A stretch of DNA of 64,000 nt from positions 128,001 through 192,000 of the forward strand of contig CAWGPD010000001.1 of assembly GCA_963824385.1 (NCBI GenBank), read 5' to 3'. Position numbers and translations under genes: made by a program. The DNA is from an uncultured Nitrososphaerota archaeon. GTDB lineage: Archaea > Thermoproteota > Nitrososphaeria > Nitrososphaerales > Nitrosopumilaceae. The notes beneath the pieces were generated by a model that saw only the letters and a list, made by a program, of their open reading frames with translations, was not told the origin of the DNA and made no database searches. Positions 1 through 10,581 of this stretch are shown in pieces (position 1 is the first letter of the stretch; the number at the start of each line of letters is the position of its first letter).

Positions 1-255
1 CAAAAGGGAAATTGGGAAAACTACACTGCCTTTGGTGATACGTACAAAGTGTTGAGGGCACTTGATAATTCAGGGGAAAATATAGTACAGATGATAGAAC
101 CAGACGGATTGAAAAGAACGTTACTAATTAGACAGGCAGGAACGATAAGCATGAATCAGAATGTACTATCCTACAATTCTGGTTTTGTATCAGAAATAGT
201 AGTTGATGAAAAAGAGCAATCAGGTAAAGGCAAAACTAGAGACAAATTGTTGTAA
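1..255 (+). CDS. hypothetical protein, 3' part (open from window start)
   Basis: Frame 1 is open from base 1 (QKGNWENYTAFGDTYKVLRALD...) to TAA at 253-255; no recognisable motif. Confidence 0.6.
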   Translation, partial: QKGNWENYTAFGDTYKVLRALDNSGENIVQMIEPDGLKRTLLIRQAGTISMNQNVLSYNSGFVSEIVVDEKEQSGKGKTRDKLL

Positions 256-268
256 TTTTATTTTAAAA

Positions 269-427
269 CTAAAGTGTGGTAGAAGGTGGGCTGGGCAGAT
301 ATTTCAATGAAAGCCATCCACATGCAGGACATTTTGTGCCAGTTAATGAACCGCCAGTTGGAACCTCTACTTCTCCAACAAATTCGCACTCGGTACGACT
401 ACATTTGGCATTTAATTTATTTACCAT
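269..427 (-). CDS. small zinc-ribbon-like protein (52 aa), not in ORF track
   Basis: Translated by hand: MVNKLNAKCSRTECEFVGEVEVPTGGSLTGTKCPACGWLSLKYLPSPPSTTL; C-x4-C and CPAC pairs; TATA-like CCTTAAAT about 25 nt upstream. Confidence 0.65.
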   Translation of the reverse strand: MVNKLNAKCSRTECEFVGEVEVPTGGSLTGTKCPACGWLSLKYLPSPPSTTL

Positions 428-734
428 AATTTCAGTATCGGTAACGTAGATTTAAGGATTAATCATAAAGACAAATGTTTAGGTCATCACCCGACCTGTA
501 ACACGTAGAATTTTTGAGTGAATTTCCCATATCACCCGTGATCGCAACAGAACCCGAAATTAGGTTCTGTGTAATCTACGTGGGCTGTCATAAAATTTTC
601 TCTGTGTTTACTTTCGGGGGCTGGCTTGCATTTCGAATTAGTGTTATCCATTTGTTATTACCTTCCACTTTGATTCCTGCCATCTCACTAGACGTCTTAC
701 CGTTTAATGCCATGCGTGGTCTGAGGATAGAGGT

Positions 735-1004
735 CTATGCAGTAGGCAACTTCATGATTGAAGTCAAGTTATTCCTGTTATACCATAATTGATTACCGTG
801 TAATTTTATGATCGAGTTTTCTTTCCTGAATTGTAGTCTGAATCGACCATTAGGATTTTCTATGAACACTGCAGGTATTTGGTCACATGATGCCAATACG
901 TTATAAATAAAATTCTCTTCAGTACTTGTTTCCTCATCATATGCCCAACTCAGATTCAGGTCAATGTCTGAAAAAGGTAGACTCTCAAGTGTTATTGTAT
1001 TCAT
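735..1004 (-). CDS. hypothetical protein, possibly truncated
   Basis: 89-aa ORF; the same frame continues about 48 codons past the TAG at 735-737. Confidence 0.4.
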   Translation of the reverse strand: MNTITLESLPFSDIDLNLSWAYDEETSTEENFIYNVLASCDQIPAVFIENPNGRFRLQFRKENSIIKLHGNQLWYNRNNLTSIMKLPTA

Positions 1005-1219
1005 ATCTAGTAAATATCCTATTTTACGTTGAGTTTAGATCTATTTTCAGACTATTATTGACAATTTACCAAATATCGTATCACCCTAATTCTGCACAAA
1101 GGCGATTCGTAAATTATCAAGATTCGATTTTACTTGTATTTGGGATTAATGTGACCGCCCATCATGACGTATTGATGAAACATACAAAACTCAAATGTAC
1201 CACCGTCCATAGTGAAATC

Positions 1220-2155
1220 ATGGCATTTCTGTCTGTAAATGATCTTGATGTTCAATATCAGAGTCAAGGAAAAAAGATACATGCCGTAGACCACATATCA
1301 TTTTCCTTGCAAGAAAATGAGTCAATCGGGATAGCAGGAGAAAGTGGTTGTGGTAAGAGTACACTTGGTCTTGCAATCATGAAAACACTTCAGGAAAATG
1401 CAAGTGTGTCAGGGGAGATTCTTTTTGATGATAAATCAATTTTGGCCATTCCAGATCAAGAGTTTACAAAAAATATTCGATGGAAGCAGATATCCATGAT
1501 ATTTCAAGGTGCAATGAATTCTCTAGATCCCGTATTTACCATTAAAAAACAATTTGAGGAGATTTTAAAAAAACATGATTATCAAGGGGATTACAAACCA
1601 GCAATAGAGTCTGCAATATCTTCAGTCGGATTACCACGTTCAGTTTTAGACAAATATCCACATGAGATAAGCGGTGGTATGAAGCAGCGAGTCGTAATTG
1701 CGATGGCATTGATTTTAAAACCAAAGATGGTGATTGCGGACGAGCCAACCACTGCATTAGATGTATTGGTTCAAGCGCAGATCATGATAGTATTAAAAAA
1801 TCTCAAAAAAAGTGGACTTGGAATCATGTTAATATCTCACGACTTGGGCATAATTTCTGAAATTGCTGAAAAAATAGCCATCATGTATGCAGGTCAGATT
1901 GTAGAGTTTGGCATGCTATCAGAGATTTATAAAAATCCAATGCATCCCTATACGTCTGCGCTATTGAATTCAATTCCTAGGCTAGGCAATACCGTAAATA
2001 TCACGTCATTGAAGGGCAGCCCACCCAGCATGATAAACCCCCCAAGCGGTTGCAGGTTTTATGATAGATGCCCGCAAGCAATGGAAAAATGTAAGAGAGA
2101 ACCTCCCAAAATTAAAACATTATCAGGTTTTGTAATGTGTTGGTTACATGAATAA
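1220..2155 (+). CDS. dppD: oligopeptide/dipeptide ABC transporter ATP-binding subunit (DppD/OppD type)
   Basis: Walker A GESGCGKS, YPHEISGGMKQR signature, DEPTTALD, C-terminal GCRFYDRC; start moved to MAFLSV at 1220. Confidence 0.92.
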   Translation: MAFLSVNDLDVQYQSQGKKIHAVDHISFSLQENESIGIAGESGCGKSTLGLAIMKTLQENASVSGEILFDDKSILAIPDQEFTKNIRWKQISMIFQGAMNSLDPVFTIKKQFEEILKKHDYQGDYKPAIESAISSVGLPRSVLDKYPHEISGGMKQRVVIAMALILKPKMVIADEPTTALDVLVQAQIMIVLKNLKKSGLGIMLISHDLGIISEIAEKIAIMYAGQIVEFGMLSEIYKNPMHPYTSALLNSIPRLGNTVNITSLKGSPPSMINPPSGCRFYDRCPQAMEKCKREPPKIKTLSGFVMCWLHE

Positions 2156-2194
2156 ATAATTTTTAAAAATATTTGTTAAAACAGAATTGTAGTT

Positions 2195-3139
2195 TTACTT
2201 TAGACCTGTACCGTTATAGTAAGAGTTGTAGTCGTTTAATGCATTGGTCAATGATGCAGTTTGTGCTTGTGCTATTGCTGTATTTCTATCGACGTGTACT
2301 TGTTCATTGGTAGGTGTGCTACTCAAACCATTGTAGTTTGAGGTGTAAGAGTTAAGGCTTGCGTGTTGAATTTCATTGTAGATCATTACAGCTTTTTCAA
2401 GTGAATATGCTTCTTGTGGTGGCAAATTGCGACCTCCGTAATTGAATTCACCGGTCGTCGAACCAGCCTTGAATGCATATGGACTAGTGGTGTCAGAATA
2501 TGAACCTAGGTTGACATAAACTTGGTCAGTCCTTGCAAGTGAGTTGACTAGTGCTGCGGCTTGAGCTACAGCGGTTTGTTCATTTTGATTAATCATCATT
2601 TGTCTATCATAAGTAGTAGTTTCATCGGTTGGAATGCTTTGGCCAAAGTTGTTATAATTTTGCTGAATCTTGATGAGTTGACTTAGAACATCATTTGCTG
2701 ATACAAGAGATGATGCAGTTGCACTGTTAATCATGGCAGTTCTATCTCTACCTTGTTCATCAGTAGCAGTACTAGTAAGTCCAGTATAGTCAGATGCAAT
2801 ATTTGCTAGTGGATTTGAGTGAATTCCATCAAATGCAGATATAGCATTTTGAGCAGAAAGTGTTGAAGCATCAGCAATATCTCTACCTCGGCTTGTTTCA
2901 TCAGTAGCAGTAGTGTTAAGTCCAGCCCAGTTTGTCTTTGATGCATCCATGTTAGCAAATTGGTAATAGGTATTGTACTTTTCAATAGCCGTTTGCTCGG
3001 ATGATTGCTGTCGAGCTACAATATCTGACCAAGGATCATCTGCAAAGACTAATTGGTTCAAGTATGATGAGCCTGCGCTAAATAGAAATCCGGTAATCAT
3101 TACAACGGCCAATAATTTTGAGTTCACGAATTCTCTCAT
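2195..3139 (-). CDS. secreted protein with internal ~45-50 aa repeats
   Basis: N-terminal hydrophobic signal ending VFA-DD; repeated GL.sT.TDE..RDR motif. Confidence 0.8.
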   Translation of the reverse strand: MREFVNSKLLAVVMITGFLFSAGSSYLNQLVFADDPWSDIVARQQSSEQTAIEKYNTYYQFANMDASKTNWAGLNTTATDETSRGRDIADASTLSAQNAISAFDGIHSNPLANIASDYTGLTSTATDEQGRDRTAMINSATASSLVSANDVLSQLIKIQQNYNNFGQSIPTDETTTYDRQMMINQNEQTAVAQAAALVNSLARTDQVYVNLGSYSDTTSPYAFKAGSTTGEFNYGGRNLPPQEAYSLEKAVMIYNEIQHASLNSYTSNYNGLSSTPTNEQVHVDRNTAIAQAQTASLTNALNDYNSYYNGTGLK

Positions 3140-3221
3140 ATATTATGCCTTTTAAAACTTTGCGATGGATAGGTTTTGAGCATATGATCGCTTGATATAT
3201 TTCCAATCGTAACAAATACCA

Positions 3222-4188
3222 ATGGAAGAGATTCTATCAGTCAATAATTTAAAAAAATACTTTGTAAAAAAAGAACTTTCAGGGGCAAGTAAAGAGACCA
3301 TAAGAGTAGCAGACGGAATATCATTTTCAATAAAAACAGGGGAGACCCTGGTATTAGCTGGCGAGTCAGGCTCGGGCAAGACTACAATCGCCCGTATGAT
3401 ACTACGAGCAATAGAACCAGATTTGGGAACCATAAGTTTTGAGGGAGAAGAGATAACAAATCGTCAAGACCGCCTAAGAAAAATAAGACTTGGTTGTCAG
3501 ATGGTTCACCAGGACCCATATGCATCAATCAATCCAAGAATGACTGTTCTAGATATCGTAAGGGAACCACTAGACATTCATTCCATTGGAAATAAAAAAG
3601 AAAGAAACCAGTTAGTGTTGCAAGCACTAAGTCAGGTAAATCTAGAACCAGTAGAAGAGATTGCAGCAAAATATCCTCACATGTTATCAGGCGGACAAAG
3701 GCAAAGAGTTGCACTAGCCCGTGCAATTGCAACAAAACCAAAAGTAATCATTGCTGATGAACCCGTTTCAATGCTTGATGTATCAGTAAGAATCGGAGTT
3801 TTAGAGCTTATGAAAAATTTGCAGGAAAAGCTAAAGATTTCTTTTTTGTACATAACACATGATTTGGCCACTGCAAATTATATCGGCAACAGAATTGCAA
3901 TTTTGTATCTTGGAAAGATTGTAGAGATTGGACCAATCAATGAAATTTTATCAGGCCCACGCCACCCATATACTCAGGCACTCATAGATTCAATTTCATA
4001 TCCAGATCCAGAGAATCTAAAGAAGGACAGAAAAATTCGAATCAACGATCCCATAGATGTGGATGTGTATCAAGGCTGCAGATTCAGAGACTCGTTGTCC
4101 TCATGCTATTGAAAAATGTAAGCAGGAACCACTACTTGAAGAAATTTCAGACGGCCGTCAAGTTGCATGTTTTGTAAAGATAAACTAG
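3222..4188 (+). CDS. dppF: oligopeptide/dipeptide ABC transporter ATP-binding subunit (DppF/OppF type); one extra base at ~4090
   Basis: GESGSGKT, LSGGQRQR, DEPVSMLD; removing one base from AGACT (4088-4092) restores GCRFRARCPHAIEKC...VACFVKIN ending at TAG 4186-4188. Confidence 0.9.
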
Positions 4189-7100
4189 TTTGCTACTTCA
4201 GATACATTAGAAATTCTATGTGAGACCACATGTGATACACCATTTCTTGGAAATACACCATAAATGAGAGTTGCTTTCTTTACCACAGAGTCTTTAAGTG
4301 AAACCATAATCATCTGACTTCCTTTTGATCTATCTTCAAGTATTGTAGAGAGTCGTTCAGTGTTTAATGCGTCAAGGTGTGCATCAACCTCATCTAAAAG
4401 ATAGAAGGGGGACGGCTTTAGTTTTTGAAGAGCTAACAAAAATGTAATTGCAGCAAGCGTTTTTTCTCCACCACTAATTGATGTAGATTCTCGTTTTGGT
4501 TTATTTGGAAACTGGACCAAATATGATATACCTGATGAAAATATGTCATCTTCATTTTGAATCTCAAGCCATGCATTACCCCCAGTCATCTTGCTAAATA
4601 TTTCACGGATATCCTTGTCTACCTTATCATATGATTCCAAGAATGTCTGACGTTTGCCCTTGTCAATCTCTTCAATAAATTTGACTATAGAGTTTCTTTC
4701 TTCTTCAAGTTCATTTTTTCTTGAGGACATGGAACGATATCCGTTTGAGATTTCAACATATGTTTCAGGAGCCCTAGTATTCAAAGAGCCTGACAGATTT
4801 CTCTTCTCTGATTCCAATTCAATTAGAATTTGATCAACATCAAAGGACTCCAAAAGTGTGTCATACCCATAAGATTCTAATGTCTTTCTGATTCGGCTCT
4901 CGTTTTCTGCTAGATCCTTAATATCTCGCAATATAGAATCGGATTGTCTTTCCATGCCGTTTACCTCTTTGCTTAATGCCCTTTCAGATTCATACAGTCC
5001 TTTTAGTTTAGAATCGTATTCTTTTAGCGTGGATACAGAGGTACCAGAAGTGGATATCAGTTGTTGCTCTTTTTCTCTCAAAGTTACAAGTATCAAGTCA
5101 ACACTTTCTTTCTCTTTTGCAAGTGCCCTTGACTGGACTTCGATATCATATTTTTCATTATTTATCGATGACTGTTCCTGAGTCAAAAGCCTAACATTTG
5201 CTTTGAATGAATTTTCTTCATTTCCAAGGTTGGTCAAATTACCAGTTAACTCTCTAAACTGAGTCGAGATAGTGCTATGAGAACTTAGAAGATTAGAGCG
5301 CTTTTCATTTAATGCAGAGAGCAGACTTGCCACTCTTGTCTGGCCCTCATCGGCATAGTTTTCATTGGTAAGAGAGATGCGTTCTTCAAGAGATGCCTCG
5401 TATGATTGTAATTTGGATAGATTAACCATAATGCTCTCTTCTCTTCTTCGCAATTGAGAGATCCTTGAGGTATGTTGTTCCTCGGACAGATTTAGTGTTT
5501 TTAATTTTGCTTTGATGTCAGAAAGACCAAGGTTGACATTTGTAAACCCAGTCTCAGACGAGTTGTATCGATTATCAAGACTGTCCATAATTCTTTCAAG
5601 TTTTTTTCACTGCCCCTTTTTATTTTGAATAAATCTTCGCAATAATTCTATAGATTCAACCAGTCCATCTACTGAGGTGCTTAGTAAAATTATTTTTGTT
5701 AGGTGTGATACCTTGGAGTTTACATCAATTACAACAGCATTTGCATCAGCTTCAAAGAATTGTCCGTCAGTAGTTACTGATCTATAACCGTTCTTTGACA
5801 ACTCGTATGCTTTCTCCTTGGAATCCACAAGTACAATGTTTCCAAAAATAAAGTTCTTTAGTGACTCAAACTTTTCCTCACACTTGACAAATTCAGATAG
5901 CACTCCAAGCACTCCAGGTTCTTTAGTGATTGAGATTTTAGAGTTGGATATTGCATCAAGCGGTATTATCCTAATCTTTGGTAATTTTTTCTCTTGTGCA
6001 AATTCTGCCAGTCCAAGTAAAGTCGCAAAGTCATTTACAACCAATCCCTTGAGCCAGTCAGAACCAACTGCCAATAGTGGTCGTTCATATTGTTTATCCC
6101 ATGTTAGAATCTCAAAGACTAGGCCTTGTATTCCAAGTCGCTTTGAATCTTCTTTGAGTTTTGCAATAGAATAATCTTCATGCATTACTTCTTTTACAAC
6201 TTTGATCTTTGCTTCATATTGTGCTGCAGCCTTGCTTGCTTTTTCAAAGATCAGTGCTGTTTCTTCTATGTCTTTTTCTATCTTGACACGTCTTTCGCGT
6301 AGATTTCCAAGTCTTGATTTTAGATCATTGATTGCCTCTTCATGACCAGTTCTTACCTGACGAAGTCTTCTCTCAAGATCAAGGAGATTCTCCTTCTCAT
6401 CAAGTATGGATTTTATTCGAGAAGAGTTTTGTTCTATTTTATTTTTAATGTCACCGCGTTCTTGCTCTAGTTTTGATAAAGAAAGTTTTGTGTCGTTTAA
6501 TTGGTCTGAAAGATTTCGTATCTTTTCATCAACGCGCATTTTGTTTGTGGCAATCTGCGATTGTTGTTTTAACACCTGATTGATTTCAGAGTCTACTGAC
6601 GCAAGTTCTACATTTGCAGTCTTTCTTGTTTCATTAATCGTAGCGATGGAATTTTTTAGTTCAATTATTTGAGTTTCTAATATGGTACGTTGTTCGTTTA
6701 ATTTTGTAAGATCAGATTGAATTTCGGGCAATCTAGAATCAATCTGTGAAAGCCTTCTTGCATTTGTAGCAAGCTTACTGTTTGCAGCTTCAAATTTATG
6801 CATTGCATCTGCAAGTTCAGAATCAATTGTAGCCTTTGCTTGATTATACACATTTACTTCGTCCATGAACTTTTGTTTTTCTTCTTCAAGTTTTTTTATT
6901 TCATCTCGAAGTTGGGTACGTTGCTCATCAAATTTTTTGGATTCAGACAGGATTGAGTGCAAGTTTCGTTCTTTGGAAATTTTAGTTGATTCAATATCAC
7001 GTAGTTTATTTGAAGACTGAATAGCGTATAGCCTTTTTAGTTCCTTATCAATAACATCATATCGGAGTTGGTTGTTTCTTTCTTCTTCTAGCTCATCGAT

Positions 7101-7709
7101 GCGTTTTTTGATCTCATCCATTCTAGCAAGTGCGATCTCAAGTCTTCTGTCTGCCTCATCTAGTTGTTTTAACGACTCGGTCTTTTTTTCATCAAAATAT
7201 GCTAGCCCTATGATATCCTCGATAATCTTTCTTCGTTCTTCGGCATTAAATTCAGAGATTCTGGTGATGGTTCCCTGCTGTACAATGTTGAGTTTATGAA
7301 TGCCACAATTTGCCACCTCAAGTATATCTAAAACATGGTTTCGGAGCACCTTTTTTTGGTTTAAATAGTAAATGTTCTCTCCGTTTTCATCCATCTCCCT
7401 TGTAATTATTACAGCGTTAGAATCCACCGGAATCTTCCTGTCAGTATTATCAAAATGACAGCTTACACGCGCTATCTTGGCACCATGCTTTGCATTATCA
7501 ACATCATGCAGTAACGAACGAAGCTTGTCTACTCGCATTACCTTTGGAGAGTTTTCCCCAAGCGAAAAAGAGATGGCATCAAGTATGTTACTCTTGCCAG
7601 AACCGTTTGCCCCAGATATTGCAACCAATCCTTGCTCAAAATTTACTATAGTATTCTTATATCCAAAGGATTTGAAGCCAAAGATCTCTAGCTTGCGTAT
7701 ATGTACCAA
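4185..7709 (-). CDS. smc: chromosome segregation protein SMC; one in-frame TGA at 5607-5609
   Basis: GFKSF and GANGSGKSN at the N-terminus, coiled coils, hinge, SGGEKT and LDEVDAHLD at the C-terminus; the two ORF-track halves are in the same frame. Confidence 0.93.
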
Positions 7710-7791
7710 TGCATCCGATAGCGTTTGAGCTGAAATAACAGATTATTGCCAAGTTTCATTGAGCTGCTGAATAAAAATTATAATGTGAGAT

Positions 7792-8859
7792 CTAACTGTC
7801 TCGCTTGCCTTCTACAAATTCTGCAAAGGCCTTCTTTGCTTCAGCATACGGCATCTGGATAGGAGGATGTTTGAAGCAATAAGACGAGATGCTTGTCATC
7901 GGTCCTGATAGTTTTCTGTCTAGTGCAATCTTTAGTCCTCGGATTGCATCGATCATTATTCCTGCACTATTGTATGCATCAATTACTTTGAGTTTTAAAT
8001 CCAACTTGACTGGGATCTTGCCAAAATATTTTCCTTCCAAGTTTATGTAACATATTTTTTCATTATCTATAAAATCAACAAAATCACTAGGACCTATTCT
8101 CATTGGTATATCATAATCTGCCATTGCTTTTACTGCACTTGTCTTACTGATTCTTTTATCTTCCAATCTCTCTTCGTCCAGCATGTTATAGAAATCCATG
8201 TCTCCACCAATGTTTAGCTGATAAGTTCCATCAATCTGTACGCCTCTATCTACAAAGAGTTTGACAAGGGTCTTATGAACAACTGTTGCACCAAGCTGGC
8301 TCATCACATCATCACCTGCAAGCGGGATCTTTTTGTCAGAGTAAGCCTGTTGCCATTTTGGTTCTGATGCAATAAACACTGGAATTGCGTTAAGAAATCC
8401 TATCCCTGCCTCTAATGCCTGACTTGCATAATGCCTTACTGCATTAGTGCTACCTACAGGAAGATAATTTACAAGCATCTCTGCCCCGGTGTCTTGAAGA
8501 ACCTTTTTGACATTGACATCAGGCTCAGAAGAATTTGTAACAATTTGGCTCAAGTGTCTGCCTAGACCGTCAAAGGTTGGGCCTTTTTGAACAGTTACGC
8601 CCATGTTAGGGACTTCGGCTACGGTAATAGTATTATTTGGTTTTGCATAGATGGCCTCAGATACGTCTTTTCCCACTTTGGTATCTGCAACATCAAATGC
8701 TGCCACCACTTCAATATCTCCTGGTTCATATCCACCTAGGTTATAGGCTGTCAAGCCTATTGTATCACGAGTATTTTCTGAATAATATTTTGCGCCCTGA
8801 ATAATTGCAGAAGCACAGTTTCCCATACCTGCTATTGCAATCTTGATTTTCTTACCCAA
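7792..8859 (-). CDS. ino1: myo-inositol-1-phosphate synthase
   Basis: GMGNCASAIIQG, NYLPVGS, GDDVMSQLGATVVH, YQLNIGGDMDF. Confidence 0.93.
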   Translation of the reverse strand: MGKKIKIAIAGMGNCASAIIQGAKYYSENTRDTIGLTAYNLGGYEPGDIEVVAAFDVADTKVGKDVSEAIYAKPNNTITVAEVPNMGVTVQKGPTFDGLGRHLSQIVTNSSEPDVNVKKVLQDTGAEMLVNYLPVGSTNAVRHYASQALEAGIGFLNAIPVFIASEPKWQQAYSDKKIPLAGDDVMSQLGATVVHKTLVKLFVDRGVQIDGTYQLNIGGDMDFYNMLDEERLEDKRISKTSAVKAMADYDIPMRIGPSDFVDFIDNEKICYINLEGKYFGKIPVKLDLKLKVIDAYNSAGIMIDAIRGLKIALDRKLSGPMTSISSYCFKHPPIQMPYAEAKKAFAEFVEGKRDS

Positions 8860-8947
8860 CTTCGATAGACTAGCAAATAATCCATCATATTAATTACTTG
8901 TGATTCCGAACAGAGGATTTTATAGCCCAGAACTGAATTATGGAATT

Positions 8948-9887
8948 ATGATAAAGCCCGGCAAACCTGTCAAGGATATTTGTATAAAAAAAGGAGATAC
9001 CATTGATACAATATTTGATCAAATGTCAAAGTCAGGTGGGTTTGAATCAAAAAATCTTGTGGATGGTCTCAATATTTTAACTTCGATGATAGAAGACAAA
9101 AACTGTCTGAAATTTATGTCGTTTGTTGGTGCCATAATATCAACAGGTCTGAGAGGAGTAATTACAGACATGGTAAAAAATAGAATGTGTGATGTCATAA
9201 TTACTACTTGTGGAGACTTTGGACCATGACATAGCTAGACATTATTCTAATTATCTAGAAGGTTCGTTTACAATGGATGATAGTGAGCTTATGGAAAAAG
9301 AGATTCACAGACTAGGAAATGTTCTAGTTCCAATGAAAAGCTATGGTCCATTAATTGAAGAAAAAATGCAAAAATTTCTTCAACAAGCATACAAAGATGG
9401 CAAGAGAGAGATGTCAACTAGAGACATAACAAAAATGATTGGAGAACAACTCGGAGAGGATTCGTTTCTTTACTGGGCCAACAAAAATAACATCCCTGTC
9501 ATAGTTCCAGGAATAATGGACGGTGCAGTAGGAAGTCAAATCTGGATGTTTTCACAAATTCATGCAGATTTTAAATTAAATATTTTATCTGACGGAGATT
9601 TATTATCAGGATTAATCTTCAAGGCAAAAAAATCTGGTGCACTAATGATAGGAGGAGGCATATCAAAACATCATACTTTATGGTGGAATCAATACAGAGA
9701 AGGTCTTGACTATGCAGTATACATTACAACTGCTCAAGAATTTGATGGTAGTTTGAGTGGAGCACTTGTTAGAGAGGCAATATCATGGGGAAAAGTTACA
9801 AAGAATGCAAAACAGACTACGATACATGCAGAGGCAACAACAATTTTGCCATTTCTTTATTCGGCACTACTTGCAAGAATCAAATAG
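8948..9887 (+). CDS. dys: deoxyhypusine synthase; one extra base at ~9216
   Basis: GGFESKNL, IISTGLRG, HRLGNVLVP, GGGISKHH, DGSLSGA..REAISWGK; removing one base from AGACT (9214-9218) gives TTCGALDHD. Confidence 0.92.
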
Positions 9888-10581
9888 TATAGATGTTTTT
9901 TTGATAGATATCCTCAAACCCTAGATTAGCATAAAATTTTGATAGATTATCCCGCTCGTAGGCCTCAAGCATTAAAAACTCTAAATTTCTAGAGTGGACC
10001 TCGTGTAATGCAAAGTCAATCAAAGAGGCAGCATAGCCTTGTTTTCTCCCAGATGGGACGGTTCCAAGACAATAAAGTCCCAAGATTGAATTTTTTTCAT
10101 ATAAAACCATGCATGAACTGCTTGATTTATCCACATAATACTCTGCCAGGGAAAGCGAGTTTTTCAATATAGAACTAACAGGTTCTGCCCACTCTTTGCA
10201 ATCATATGCTTCACAAAAGATCCTAGTCCATAAAGAAACAGTATCAGTTGTTATCTTTATCGCAGAAGGTGTCTTCGATGATAATGTTCTTTTTTTTAAT
10301 ACGTGTTGAGAATCATGATATACAAAGCCCTTACTTTTGAGAAAGTTCTCAAGTTCGGGATAGTTTAGAGAATAGACGTATGGGGTAGAATTATTTTTTT
10401 GAAATAGTTCCATTGATTCTGTAATCATTTTTTCGCTTGTACATGTTACATTTGTCAACTTGTTAAAAAAAATGTCATCTGCAAGTTTTGGATTTAAAAA
10501 TACAGTGCCGCATTCCAGTTGAGTTTGATTACTCCATATTTGTGTAAAACCATTGTCATTTGATTCTGTGTTTTGCATCAT
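9880..10581 (-). CDS. GNAT family N-acetyltransferase
   Basis: C-terminal acetyl-CoA motif LGTVPSGRKQGYA and FYANLGF; start overlaps the upstream stop as ATGA. Confidence 0.8.
   Translation of the reverse strand: MMQNTESNDNGFTQIWSNQTQLECGTVFLNPKLADDIFFNKLTNVTCTSEKMITESMELFQKNNSTPYVYSLNYPELENFLKSKGFVYHDSQHVLKKRTLSSKTPSAIKITTDTVSLWTRIFCEAYDCKEWAEPVSSILKNSLSLAEYYVDKSSSSCMVLYEKNSILGLYCLGTVPSGRKQGYAASLIDFALHEVHSRNLEFLMLEAYERDNLSKFYANLGFEDIYQKNIYTI

Noticed and set aside
432..490. C/D box sRNA on the minus strand (GTGATGA...CTGA)
   Set aside because: No convincing D' box, the second guide is too long, and the region overlaps the likely TATA box of the 269-427 gene.
926..1219. 98-aa N-terminal extension on DppD
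   Set aside because: Fortuitous open frame from a TTG; ABC similarity starts at Met 1220.
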